A stretch of DNA of 64,000 bases, taken from the IMG/VR virus record IMGVR_UViG_3300031162_001159, positions 6,650-70,649 of that record, one strand, 5' to 3'. How positions within the stretch are numbered: the stretch's first letter is position 1; the number at the start of each line of letters is the position of its first letter. The position numbers and the translations under genes were made by a program. Shown piece after piece: positions 48,401 to 57,284 of the stretch. This stretch comes from a virus. The notes below the pieces were generated by a model. It was not told the DNA's origin and made no database searches. It saw only the letters and a program-made list of their open reading frames with translations.

Positions 48401-49374
48401 TTATTATAGGCTTCTATTTTTCCACTCTTCTTATAATAAACATCGATTTTACCACAATCTTCAAATTGTGTAAGTTTTATAAGAGAGGCTGTGACATTTT
48501 TATTTATAGAAAAAAACCTATTTGTTACAGCACATGTGTAGCACAATTTTACAAGTGGATCATCATTGCAAATTGTACATCCATCTTCATTTCCACTGCT
48601 AGAATATGGTGTGTCATAATATACGGGATAAGATTCATTGAGTCTCACCAACTCAGCTTCTACGAAGTCGAAGAGTTCTACGCTAACAGCTATTTTCCCG
48701 GTGTCCTTTATATAATACCAATTGTTAGATGGTCCATCTAGCCATGTATTGTTAGCTTCGCAATTTGTCCTATTCTGATAGATCATACCATATTCGGAAC
48801 TAGTTATAAATCCACCAAAAGAGTGATATGTGGTTTCCCCATTATATTCAATCTTCAAATAAGTATCATAAAAATAAGTGTGGTATTCTGGATCTTCGCT
48901 ATCAACAGTCTCTTCATTTATTTCTGGTGTATCTAAAGAATAATCCAACATAATACCAAACATTAAATTGTAGGATTGGTCATCCTGATCTTCAAAAAGA
49001 ATTCCGTCATTATAGCATACGGCATTGGCGGGTTCTTGCGAATAGGTTTGTTTTGCAACAGACGAAACATCTATAGACGATTTTATTGTCGCCGTATGAT
49101 GAGGGTATCCAACAACACAAATATCATCCTTAATGACGATATCCTTTGGTTGACCGCAATTATTAGCTTGTTGGTCTACAAAATAAGCCTTGTCCGTTTT
49201 TGATACGGAGTTTATGCTATCATCCCAATTTGTAACCTCTGGGATTCCATTTTTCCTTTGCAAGAACAGCGGCATCACATGTTTTGTATCACTGCCTACA
49301 GACATCGGCATAGAACCGCTATCTGTGGCGTGACCATGTATATGTGCTGTTTTATTGTCAAAAATATCTGTCAT
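42475..49374 (-). CDS. giant tail fibre/adhesin with FG-GAP-like propeller repeats and repetitive stalk
   Basis: FGYSLD, VGEPG...SGRVQLF, GFGH...VSAP...GAVYIF, FGYSID...VGEPG..GRAY; tracts of ~14 aa 'LxLY/F..G' repeats. Confidence 0.7.
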   Translation of the reverse strand: MTDIFDNKTAHIHGHATDSGSMPMSVGSDTKHVMPLFLQRKNGIPEVTNWDDSINSVSKTDKAYFVDQQANNCGQPKDIVIKDDICVVGYPHHTATIKSSIDVSSVAKQTYSQEPANAVCYNDGILFEDQDDQSYNLMFGIMLDYSLDTPEINEETVDSEDPEYHTYFYDTYLKIEYNGETTYHSFGGFITSSEYGMIYQNRTNCEANNTWLDGPSNNWYYIKDTGKIAVSVELFDFVEAELVRLNESYPVYYDTPYSSSGNEDGCTICNDDPLVKLCYTCAVTNRFFSINKNVTASLIKLTQFEDCGKIDVYYKKSGKIEAYNNNEITSTDHDLSDYDILKISGEFGEGNVISDINGIVYVKVVDSNTFTIFSDPRTDEAGSVEDFSIAPGTIDNLTSLEWTCIGNSEQSSYQSWNYYGSYGSPTGLNGYNVTLPSSNYGGNYSNETLNDVTLWDAAVPATTGLSELNYKSNSDYPAKMYFGYSLDIMKIKTGAEEFYALSVGEPGSPVTYTRLGADTRREQLVPSYPTSGRVQLFRIDTDTNRQVSGVGSDGYISAEDQPWANVHAAIDSLLTNPENITSLIDIADAAVSEQYWLDISTNPTPSGNSRSCVWSDLFGRGTGNGHQHNLTQDATSKDFFSTAISSKYRMQIYNTEVDTTGSASFSIANTILSQDIYEDPSESMLSGIEYNYDILCFGREDGILIFEYSNPIDVTDDNFTQIDRIETPTDITIQETDLWGRNYGQYISQYGEYLLTNGVSLTNEFGNESLNAVDYVLLYKRQVGNVYKQLQRIAPCIAKSDDFYSGLSTSDLTSMGLVKNGNLSYSGKSEETYTWTDANMTGAYDIHKNKIIYRDSLEYVVFKDNWNTKTKNPLSGQVTPENYFFFRERYDSDNMGTAQNPYVGYNYDSNFDGSVSVVESYYRHDTLILFFDIPRFQGYVNIYNSLNVRLSIERNGAQDDAPMLVFYPNDPRDTISSQYVLPISNGACDSGTPYDLGTYNGGNFVLEDDGSYSVDIDIPPSIFLDGLVEGKLTDSSDEQQDSYSNTGNVNKTLVMGIKIRKRRSGAVDCYTDDRDRLNSGNFYESTSKIQDATLRLSYSLYEEKSLRRFDLASRKIAIPDISETDDINTIIETFPSETNQIRIGESLSSAYIDESESNIKKGVSSRSLQIFESSLGNFSSDVSVDLSDYKIVYNENLNSTTYRRKGTNSSFDVHSPEFLSLYIGSNLTQSGNRPLFAQGHIPKTGGHTLYAAGIAADNNNFPLYIGPLTKNRSLDLSIPQTKGAKNNSLPLVGPRLKGFDAPPTGVNLYMETPDIDGDKDLYIKAPIPDTGNINLHTFGPIKDTGNMPLYLDGHRRFNTPVGRPPLYMAGMIPDTGSIPLHIGREQNTGVLPLSISGPIPTSNSAPLYMLSPYNENLKLSMPETKGGATQGATLVMYDFREEKSLDISMSGPIPDSSETTLFTKYSPTNTNNIDDNPHNPCKLTGPDYKFDKTSNSENLVGNHNSITNLEELNGVGFNEIEDNNGLTTLGENIKSAPSDASTADLFYSQDRINRAYASNGSIFAIGENTSIQNAPENKNGLIVYDVSNGSLSNKRVFNLLPEIDASIYIPKSKITYKDIAVSDSGKIAFSIHVNFTNGSTQVGREYLVILNSDFSVNTVVTSENAVGTKTYLETNKRIADSIVWDGEDLYHSEQTSIFGRVVRRDSSDYGTKTVVAEFEDTADFSNYESNLVYNQYLKAGFGHRIVLTNDKLIVSAPLLDPYMANNTITSYTQYSPRGAVYIFNRSGNTFTYSEAVYAGGLTSSTITPTSFVATTTSFDVRYFGYSIDYSENSKKLLVGEPGHGNTSTNGGYGRAYTYDIGNVASIVRTNSPTTVEENSLFGLFVGLCDHYTEFVMSRESTGKIYNINTGVEYAFDSALTDDEVDQYIPDLQTLTNTSQESQVMKIVNLGADKIIVGRKFNYTFGFTNETLFKLTALNAGKPSNLDLFIKTVESYDGDVPLVIEPNHPGYMTLTLPVIGDNNALEMTLKVPEGYNNSMTLDMTNTDSQDITTFIKGLFEEKTTERELFIKTVEPISSSTNLVYAYPYDPLYKLNLSIRAADPSQQWGSSSLFVDEGTVTRTAVDSNSSINLQTLGDDGIKNIQQGLSMQVEGGNVGYANARPTLYMEGQPSVAVDKYIPMFIQVDDPTGSSSDNLNLSLYNNEASGTVTNLSKGNPLYIINSVPTNTNTTLFLQRKGLGGGEELTGNKNLFVKGPDKDNNIPLYTTSAFGDTASKNLVIPDTIGAPSGDKPLMIRGYEE

Positions 49375-49388
49375 TTGTAAAACCTATA

Positions 49389-52300
49389 TTAAGCTGGTAG
49401 CTCTGTTTGTGAAGTTAACGATTTTGGAAGTCCGCTAGCATCTAACTGTGGAGCTATTAAATCCCTAACCTTTTCAGCAATCCTAGTTTCGGAATCTGAT
49501 GTCAACATTACGTCACCAGTAAATTCAAAGCTTCCAGTAACCTGTAGACCAGCAGCCGCCGCATTATTATTCTTTGAAGGTAAGTTGTCTTGAAGTATCT
49601 TAGTCAAATTAGTAAAGAAATTATATTCTAACTCTTGTCTCTTATCAATAAAGGTCTGTTGTCTCGCACTCTCTAAATCGATCAAAGCTGTTCTAGCTGC
49701 TATTTCTTCTCTACGCACATCGTTAAAGAGTCTCTGCAACTGTTCGACTTCTGTACTAGAATCATTCCTCACTCTATTTTTTTCTTGCTCATTCAATCTT
49801 CTTCCTAGCAAGTTTTGTAAGGTCTGAATATTCAACTCACCCTTAATTTGTGATCCAGTAAGTCCGGGAGCCAATTCAACATTAGCAAATTGATCTAACA
49901 ATTGACCAACAACAGGTCTAAACTGATCTGGAATGCTTTCAATATTACCAGTTGCCAAAACCGTATTAAGGGCTGAAAAGTTTCTCTGTATATCCTGTCT
50001 TCCTTGGTTAGTCGCGAACGTAAAGTCCGTCAAGGAATCAGTAAAGGCTTTAACCTTAGATTGCTCAAAATCTATCTCAGCAAGAATATCTCCCGCACGA
50101 CCAGACTGATCGGCAAGCTCTTTTAATCTCTCTGTGGCTCTAGCAGCGGTGTCTGCAAGTTCTGTTGCTTTAAATGATTCTCTTTCTCTATCTTTAACAG
50201 ACAATGAAAGATCTTGTGCTTTATTTGCAGCTTCTAAACCATCCCGTCTACTATCTCCTATTATTCCTGTATTTCCTCCCCCGGATGGATTACGCTTAAA
50301 AAGTTGATCAACAGACAGACCACCAAAACCACCAGCAGCGTCTCTTTCTCTTCTTATTCTCTCTTTCTCTGCTAAGCTGAACCTTCCCCCTCTAGAGGTA
50401 GCGACCTGTTCGGCTCTCGTTCTTTTTTGATCAACTCCACCAATTTCAAGTCCTCTAATTTTCCCCTCTGATTCAATTATAGCCTTGGTAAGACTGTTCA
50501 TACTCTTTAAATATGAATTATTTGCCTCAACTATACTTTTAATTAAAGCTTCTAGGTCAGCACCTTCTTGTCCTATTAGGTCTTTAATCAAAGAATCTTG
50601 AAAACTACCATCAGTTAATTGTCCTGCTAAACTAAGCCCATCTGTAGAAGATCTTTTTCCTTCAATTATTTTATTAAGGGACTTCTCAAGAGCATCTGGT
50701 AGATTTGCTGTGACCTTTTTGAAACCACTACCTTCTTGGTCAAGTCTCAGACTATCAGAAAGTTCACTAAAGAAATCACCATCTAATTTTTTAACCCCTT
50801 CCGCTAATGTCTTTGATCTATCTAATATCTCCGAAGCTGGACCCCCAAGAGCCGCAAAATCAGCCTCTAATTGATCTGTAAATTTATCTATATTTCCAAC
50901 ACCGGAAAACCCAGAAAAACTAGATTCTCTAGCTGTCGTGTCACCCAATGTTGTAGCAACACTGCTCTCTGTGTTTGCTATAAGCCTTTGAATATCTGCC
51001 ACTGCATTTAGAGCATCCCTTAATCTGTTAGCAGCCTGAATTTCTTGTTCTCGTGCAGCAACAACCAATGCGGTACTATCAGCTAATCCCTTAGCTCCAT
51101 CTCTATAATCCTTAAACTCATCTTCAATTTGCTGAGTCCATACAATATTACCATTAGAAGCAAGACCATTAATCTGTTGAGAGGCTTTTTCTAACTTATT
51201 AAATTCCTCTTCATAGACCGCGAAAGCTTCTTCTGGGGTTGCACCACCCTCTACTTGTGCTATAATCCCCTTATTAATTACTCCTAACCTACTGCTAACA
51301 GTATCTTTTAATGAATTAATTGTCTCGTTTAGGGATGCATCTACAGAATCGATGATGGCTCCCGATGTCTCTATAAATTGCTTATCCTTACGAACCGTCT
51401 TTGCTCCCGCGAATCGAGTAGCCGCATTACCTCCCTCAATATCCCTTACTCTGTCACGAGAAGCTTCCCTAGCCCTACTTAGAAGTTCTACTTTACGTTT
51501 TGACTTTTTCGCTTTAGAAAGACTAGAATCTAATTGGTCAAAAGCTAAGTCTTTATCTCCTTTATCAAAAGACTCTTGAGCTGATTTATTTTCTCTTGAT
51601 GCTTCCCCTGCATTGGTAATAGAATTTCTTGCGACTGTACCAATCGATGTTGGTTGTCCATCGACCCTCACCCCCACTTTATCAAGAGTATTGGTAAGAT
51701 CTTTTATCTTCCTATCATTCCCTATTGATCCTTTTAGAAACTTCTCTAGGGATTTTAATCCGGGGTCAATAACTTTTTCCTTCTCTATCTTCTGAAGGTT
51801 TTCTGCTGCTTTCGCTGCTGATACGCTAAAAAATTGAAGTACAGAAATTAAGCTAATAATAATAAAAACTACCTTACCTATTGGACCCGCTAGAGCTAGA
51901 AGACCCTTACCCCCCTTGGCTACAGCAGCATTACCACTAGCTGCTAATTTCGCCGCAAACGCAGTCAAAGCTTGTCCTACAGTGCCAAGTAAACCAACCA
52001 ATACGGTAAACTGAGAAATACTAGCCCCAAGTCCAGCTTCAACCTCACTACTAAAAATTCCAAGTTGTGATACTGTTGCAGCTACAGTCCCACCCAAAAA
52101 TGCAAAGTTTTGAGCAAGAGCAAAGGATTTGTTTAGAGACTCCCCTTTTGCACTTATTAACTCTTTCTCTTTCTTAGCAGATTCTTCCGCAGTAGATGCC
52201 GCTTTTTTCGCAGCAATCGCAGCACTTTCTTGAGAAGCCTTAATATCTTTTACCGCACCACCAGCCTCTTCTACAGCTTTAGTCAATGCATCAAAATCTG

Positions 52301-54866
52301 ACTCACCTTCTTGTAGAGCAGTTGAAAAAGTAGGGAGTATTTTATTGATCTTATCGACATTCACACCAGCGTTGGATAGTTGCTTCCCAAGACCCAGCAC
52401 CTTAGAACTAATATCTGGGAATTGAGATGTTGAAACACCAACGTTTCCTCCACCCGCAAATTTTTGTACGTTACCAACAGCACCACCCTTGTTAAATCCG
52501 GCAACGCCCGTTTTATTCATCTTTTCAAGACTATTCAGACCAATCTTTTGTGCTGATTTCTTATTAAGAACAAACTCTCCGGGGGTAAGCATAGCGGGAA
52601 CAGTATCTTCTATAGAACCGCCACTCGCAAACTTAGGGATAATACCACCGCGATTCCTCTTAACAATATTAAAATCATTAGATGTCAACTGACCACTTTT
52701 AACTGCTGCTAATACTTTGTTAGCAATAGAACCAGAACCAGATTGTACAGTATCAGAAGATTGGGTTCTTTTTGCATCAAGTAATCTACCACTAACCGAT
52801 GGATCAAATATATTCCCCAATCTTTTCTTTTGTTCATTTGATGGATTGACAAAATCGAAAGTAGCACCCGGATCAGATAAATTTGACCCACTTAATGCAG
52901 AGATAAACCCTTCAAAAATAAATCCCTCTATGGAACTTAAATCAAGCTTATCAACAGCTTTTGATGCTGCTACTTTTTCATCAATATTCAATGGGTCAAT
53001 TTCAAGTGCTGACATTGTTCTAGCCGCCGCCTGATTAATGGCTATTTCAATATTGTCTTTTGTGCTTCTCTGTAATTCGCTAGAAGCCTTATTTTGTAGA
53101 AGACCCGTATAAATATTCCCCTCGATTCTTCTAACTCCCTTTAATCCCGGAAGTTCCTCACCTTTCGGAAGATTTTTTGCAATCCCCTTGGTCCCTCCAG
53201 CCCCTTTTTGCAAGAACAAACCACCAACTACCCCATCCTTTAATCTAGCTGTCTTTGGCCCCTTTTCTCTAAGCCTTTTTTTTCTGAATGCCTCTGCATT
53301 TTTTTCTGCTGCTGTTCCACCTTTAGCAAATTTCTGTACAGATCCTCCAGCATTCATCTGTGCTAGATTGTTCGCACCTATACTCTCCACGCTTTTTTTC
53401 TTAATCACGAACTCACCCGGAGTCAACATCGCAGGCACAGTATCTCTATTGCCAGATCCGGGAACGAATCCACCCTTAGCAAATTTAGGAATAGGACCAC
53501 CTTGATTTCTCCCCAATAGTCCAGAGGAGAATCCAGTCAATGAACGCCCCAGCTTAATTCCCGCAAATACGGTCAAGAGAGGTATCAAAGGAATTAATGA
53601 ATCCCCGACCTTAATTAAAGCCTGAGCTAGAGCAAGAGATATATCAACAATTTCCTTAAAACCTTCACTCTCAGTGAACCTACGGAACAAAGCCTTAAAC
53701 TGCTCATTAACCTTGGCAATTCTAACAGAAAGAGCTTGTTGTGCTGTAGCGGCATCCTCAGTAATAGAATTTTCACCCGCTTGTGCGGCTGCTAATGCTT
53801 CTGTGCTAACTTTGAATTCCTTAATAAGTGGAATAACTTTACCAATCTGACGGAAACCACCAAGACCTTCAACGATTTGGTTGAATCTAAAGTCACGAGG
53901 ATCTAAGCTTCTTAACCCAATAGAGAGTCTTTTAATAGCCTCTAATGGACCAACAAACTTACCTTCCGCATCTTGTAATACGATACCAAGCTCTTTTAAT
54001 TGTTCGATTGTGTCAACACGCTGAATACGTGTAAAGATAGTGCGGAAACCAGTAGCGATAGTATCGGCAGACTCACGAGTAGTCGCACGCACAGAGGTGA
54101 ACACAGCCAAAAGTTCATTCAAGCTACCACCAGCAGCTTCGAAAATACCACCTGTCTTACGAATAACAGTAATCAAGTCTGATGATTCTACAGCAAATTG
54201 TTTAGATACTTCGTTAATAGCACCAAGCGAATCTTCTAAGAACTTAATTTCGTCGCCTGTGCTTCTCGCCTCTGTTTTAAACTGATTAAGTAAAGCGATA
54301 GCACCTTCTGTGGTATCAGCAATATTATCAAAAGTAGGAGCAAGAGTCGTTTGTGCAAGGACTTTAAGAGCACGAGTTGCATCTTGAGAAGCGATACCAG
54401 CCTGTGATAGAACCCTAGCGGTCTTTAAAATATCTCCAGAAGAAACACCAAATGTGGTTGATAGCTTCGTAATTTCTTTTGTCAGACTTCCTAGATCTTT
54501 AATCGTTTTACCCGTAACTTGAGATATACGGACTAGCTCTCTCTGAAAATCTATAGCCTCAGAAATAGCATCTTTTATTCCTCTTGTTAGTCCCAAGAAC
54601 AGACCTGTAACAATAGCCACACTACCAAATCTTCTTGTCGCAGTACCAAACGTTCGTCCCAAAGAGTCTACATTTTTTTCTGTAGCCTTGGCACTTTTAC
54701 CAATATTGTTTATTTGTCCAACAGTCTGTTGGATTTGTTTGTTATTAGCATCAAGACGTACATTCACCGCAACGCCCTGTAATTGGCGATTTATTTGGTT
54801 AACCGTCTGTCTAGCTTGAGAATTAGACGGAGCTTGTAATTGTATCTGACCTACCAAGTTGTACAT
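49389..54866 (-). CDS. tail tape measure protein (TP901-type core)
   Basis: 1825 aa, helical A/L/K-rich; core 'L..LA.......V.......ESADTIATG.RTIF.R'; TM segments; FAxGG..DTVPAMLTPGEFV repeats. Confidence 0.92.
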   Translation of the reverse strand: MYNLVGQIQLQAPSNSQARQTVNQINRQLQGVAVNVRLDANNKQIQQTVGQINNIGKSAKATEKNVDSLGRTFGTATRRFGSVAIVTGLFLGLTRGIKDAISEAIDFQRELVRISQVTGKTIKDLGSLTKEITKLSTTFGVSSGDILKTARVLSQAGIASQDATRALKVLAQTTLAPTFDNIADTTEGAIALLNQFKTEARSTGDEIKFLEDSLGAINEVSKQFAVESSDLITVIRKTGGIFEAAGGSLNELLAVFTSVRATTRESADTIATGFRTIFTRIQRVDTIEQLKELGIVLQDAEGKFVGPLEAIKRLSIGLRSLDPRDFRFNQIVEGLGGFRQIGKVIPLIKEFKVSTEALAAAQAGENSITEDAATAQQALSVRIAKVNEQFKALFRRFTESEGFKEIVDISLALAQALIKVGDSLIPLIPLLTVFAGIKLGRSLTGFSSGLLGRNQGGPIPKFAKGGFVPGSGNRDTVPAMLTPGEFVIKKKSVESIGANNLAQMNAGGSVQKFAKGGTAAEKNAEAFRKKRLREKGPKTARLKDGVVGGLFLQKGAGGTKGIAKNLPKGEELPGLKGVRRIEGNIYTGLLQNKASSELQRSTKDNIEIAINQAAARTMSALEIDPLNIDEKVAASKAVDKLDLSSIEGFIFEGFISALSGSNLSDPGATFDFVNPSNEQKKRLGNIFDPSVSGRLLDAKRTQSSDTVQSGSGSIANKVLAAVKSGQLTSNDFNIVKRNRGGIIPKFASGGSIEDTVPAMLTPGEFVLNKKSAQKIGLNSLEKMNKTGVAGFNKGGAVGNVQKFAGGGNVGVSTSQFPDISSKVLGLGKQLSNAGVNVDKINKILPTFSTALQEGESDFDALTKAVEEAGGAVKDIKASQESAAIAAKKAASTAEESAKKEKELISAKGESLNKSFALAQNFAFLGGTVAATVSQLGIFSSEVEAGLGASISQFTVLVGLLGTVGQALTAFAAKLAASGNAAVAKGGKGLLALAGPIGKVVFIIISLISVLQFFSVSAAKAAENLQKIEKEKVIDPGLKSLEKFLKGSIGNDRKIKDLTNTLDKVGVRVDGQPTSIGTVARNSITNAGEASRENKSAQESFDKGDKDLAFDQLDSSLSKAKKSKRKVELLSRAREASRDRVRDIEGGNAATRFAGAKTVRKDKQFIETSGAIIDSVDASLNETINSLKDTVSSRLGVINKGIIAQVEGGATPEEAFAVYEEEFNKLEKASQQINGLASNGNIVWTQQIEDEFKDYRDGAKGLADSTALVVAAREQEIQAANRLRDALNAVADIQRLIANTESSVATTLGDTTARESSFSGFSGVGNIDKFTDQLEADFAALGGPASEILDRSKTLAEGVKKLDGDFFSELSDSLRLDQEGSGFKKVTANLPDALEKSLNKIIEGKRSSTDGLSLAGQLTDGSFQDSLIKDLIGQEGADLEALIKSIVEANNSYLKSMNSLTKAIIESEGKIRGLEIGGVDQKRTRAEQVATSRGGRFSLAEKERIRRERDAAGGFGGLSVDQLFKRNPSGGGNTGIIGDSRRDGLEAANKAQDLSLSVKDRERESFKATELADTAARATERLKELADQSGRAGDILAEIDFEQSKVKAFTDSLTDFTFATNQGRQDIQRNFSALNTVLATGNIESIPDQFRPVVGQLLDQFANVELAPGLTGSQIKGELNIQTLQNLLGRRLNEQEKNRVRNDSSTEVEQLQRLFNDVRREEIAARTALIDLESARQQTFIDKRQELEYNFFTNLTKILQDNLPSKNNNAAAAGLQVTGSFEFTGDVMLTSDSETRIAEKVRDLIAPQLDASGLPKSLTSQTELPA

Positions 54867-54893
54867 ATTTTATTCCATTTTAGTATAGCAAAT

Positions 54894-54947
54894 AAAAAAG
54901 GGACAGTGCCACTAGGTTGATTTAACTCTTCCCAATAACATGTCCCT
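54894..54947 (-). promoter_or_regulatory. long GU-rich hairpin plus U-tract in the tape-measure leader (terminator/attenuator-like)
   Basis: - strand: AGGGACA-UGUUAUUGGG ... CCUAGUGGCA-C-UGUCCCU-UUUUU. Confidence 0.6.
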
Positions 54948-54954
54948 ATATATT

Positions 54955-54961
54955 TATACAC
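54955..54961 (-). promoter_or_regulatory. GTGTATA motif, putative late promoter
   Basis: ATTGTGTATAAATA, intergenic upstream of TMP. Confidence 0.6.
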
Positions 54962-54996
54962 AATATTAGCGTTTATTTATGCTATTTTGTGAATAT

Positions 54997-55842
54997 TTAC
55001 TTTTTCGTGGTTTTCTTTCTCGTAACTTTCTTTTCTGGGACAGGTTCATCGAAAGTTATTGGATTTCCATCGTCATCTAAGATAGGATTTGCGTCTAAGT
55101 AATCCCCATTTTCATCGACTGGTCTCCCCTTTTTGTTAACTCTCTGCCCCTCTTCGTTTATGAAGTACCCGTCTTCATTAATCAGGCGTCCTTCGTGGTC
55201 AACCCTAGCCCCATCTTCATTTAAGAAGTAATAGTTCTCATCTACGATTTTATATTTTTTCAGGAACCTGTTCTCTACAAGGTTGTCCTCATAGCTTGAG
55301 TCAAGATTATAAAGAAGGTTTGCCAACTCTTCGACACAATCAAGGGTCCATTTCTCTTCTCCTTTTTGTTCATAGTCGTCAATAGAGGAGAATGCCGGTT
55401 TACGGTTCTCATCTAAAACACAACTGACAATCATAGAGTAGAATCGGGCGTTTTCTGCCTGTGCTTCTGCTGTCTTTTGATCCTCTGAATTTCTGTCAGA
55501 GATAAGAAGCCTATGTTCAACACGGAGTTTCTTAAGATCTATTCCCAATTGCTTGAGTTTTTCCTTAGTGATACCACCGGATCTAATCTGATCTTCCTTC
55601 TCTGAGATCTTATCGAGAATTTTCTGCTGTTTCTCTTCATGGTCTTTACCCCAAACACCGTCATCCTCAAGTTTTTTATGGAGTTGTTTTCTTAGGTAGG
55701 CTCCCGAATCTACAGCCTCTCTTAGCACTTTATTATATTCAATCTGTGCTGTTCTTTGTGCTGTGCGATTAGGCTTAACCACATAGAATGTTTTCTCAAC
55801 ATCGTCAACTTTTGTCTTTACTTCTCTTTCTGTCTTACTCAT
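54997..55842 (-). CDS. putative tail assembly chaperone
   Basis: between tail tube and TMP; C-terminal 7-aa (N/D)xxG repeats. Confidence 0.55.
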   Translation of the reverse strand: MSKTEREVKTKVDDVEKTFYVVKPNRTAQRTAQIEYNKVLREAVDSGAYLRKQLHKKLEDDGVWGKDHEEKQQKILDKISEKEDQIRSGGITKEKLKQLGIDLKKLRVEHRLLISDRNSEDQKTAEAQAENARFYSMIVSCVLDENRKPAFSSIDDYEQKGEEKWTLDCVEELANLLYNLDSSYEDNLVENRFLKKYKIVDENYYFLNEDGARVDHEGRLINEDGYFINEEGQRVNKKGRPVDENGDYLDANPILDDDGNPITFDEPVPEKKVTRKKTTKK

Positions 55843-56206
55843 TTCCTTCCTCTCCTTTAAAATTTAAATCAAGCTGGTACTGTCTAAAGTTAACCTCAAA
55901 GTTTTCAAGATCTCCCTTTAACTCTCTAATCTGTTGATGCCCCTTATCAAATATCTCTTTTCTTATTGTTTGATACATTTGATATAGTTCTTCCTGTGTG
56001 GATGTCCTTACAGAACCATCCTCATTCTCCCATAAACACGAGAGATGCGTTTCCATAGAATCTAATGCACTAATAAACGAAGTCTTTATTCTCTTTTCAA
56101 CAGCTTCGCATAGTTTCTGTTTTGAAGCCTGAGCTTTAACCTGACTCCTTTTGGCATCCATCTCTCTCTTTCTTCTCATCAACGAATCGAATTCATCATT
56201 TTTCAT
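55835..56206 (-). CDS. hypothetical helical protein (tail module)
   Basis: 123 aa; coupled to neighbours. Confidence 0.6.
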   Translation of the reverse strand: MKNDEFDSLMRRKREMDAKRSQVKAQASKQKLCEAVEKRIKTSFISALDSMETHLSCLWENEDGSVRTSTQEELYQMYQTIRKEIFDKGHQQIRELKGDLENFEVNFRQYQLDLNFKGEEGNE

Positions 56207-56208
56207 TA

Positions 56209-57246
56209 TTACTTACCTTTCCTTATTTGTTCGACAAATCCTTTATTTGCCTTCATTGCTTGGTCTTGTTTCACATCTTCAAAGTGTCCCTGTTTGGCTC
56301 TCCCCTTGTCATTAATAACCTGACCTCTATCTCTAATAGCCTGTTTAGCTCTGGCATCATTCATATCAAAGATCCTCTTAGCATCTTCTGGATCTTTAGC
56401 CATAAGAATAACCTCTTGAGAGTTCGCTATTTTTGGGTTACTAAACAACGTCTTCTTGCTCTTTTCAAGTCTGTCTTGATCCTGCTTTTTACGCTGGACT
56501 ATAAACCAACCGTCTAAGCAGTCATCATCCATCACTACCTCTTCTGGTGGAGACTCCATAGCTTGATAAACGTTATCATACATCACAGAATATTGACATA
56601 AAGACAGTTGATATTCTGTAAGATCGGTCGAAGGTCTATCAAACAAATCGCCCGTTTTTGTAGATATCATCCACATAGTTCTCCAAGGGTCGTTCTTTGA
56701 TATATCCCTTATTTGTGATTGGTTTAGCCCATTAGACAGATAATAGTTAATTATATCCTCTTCTGACAGGTCTTGACCAAATTTATATTGTCTTCCCTCT
56801 TTATCGAAGACACTGTTATAAATTAACCACACCCTCCTTTCTTCTTCTGCTAATCCTTCACACGTTTGCCTATATAGCTGGTTCTTTTTTGACTCTATAC
56901 GTGTAACATCTTTTTCTAACTTCCTTATGTGTCTCTTGGTATTTATTAGCTCTTTTCCCTTATAATAATTCTCATAAGCGTAAACCTTTAAATTTTTTAT
57001 TTGCTCTCTCATCTCCTCAATTTGTTTATCATCATGAGGTGTCCAAAGACCATTCTTTGCTAAAATTTCAAAAGACTCAGATTCCACATAATTACCAGCA
57101 GCTATAGCCTCCTCATACACGCTATCATACACTTCATATGATCTATTAATAAGGTCAGCGTTCGGATCATTGATATATAAAAAAAGATCGCCCCTAGAGA
57201 ACTGGAGGCGACCTGTTATGATTCTATATAATACTCTATCCCTCAT
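56209..57246 (-). CDS. hypothetical protein, possible tail assembly chaperone
   Basis: 345 aa; coiled coil; directly after tail tube gene. Confidence 0.55.
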   Translation of the reverse strand: MRDRVLYRIITGRLQFSRGDLFLYINDPNADLINRSYEVYDSVYEEAIAAGNYVESESFEILAKNGLWTPHDDKQIEEMREQIKNLKVYAYENYYKGKELINTKRHIRKLEKDVTRIESKKNQLYRQTCEGLAEEERRVWLIYNSVFDKEGRQYKFGQDLSEEDIINYYLSNGLNQSQIRDISKNDPWRTMWMISTKTGDLFDRPSTDLTEYQLSLCQYSVMYDNVYQAMESPPEEVVMDDDCLDGWFIVQRKKQDQDRLEKSKKTLFSNPKIANSQEVILMAKDPEDAKRIFDMNDARAKQAIRDRGQVINDKGRAKQGHFEDVKQDQAMKANKGFVEQIRKGK

Positions 57247-57284
57247 AGTCCTATCCCCCTAAAATCCAAAACTCTCAACCTTTA

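Noticed and set aside
52440-53515. Duplicated TMP segments as a diversity-generating retroelement TR/VR pair
   Set aside because: Differences are not adenine-specific, both copies are in-frame in one gene, and there is no reverse transcriptase in the window.
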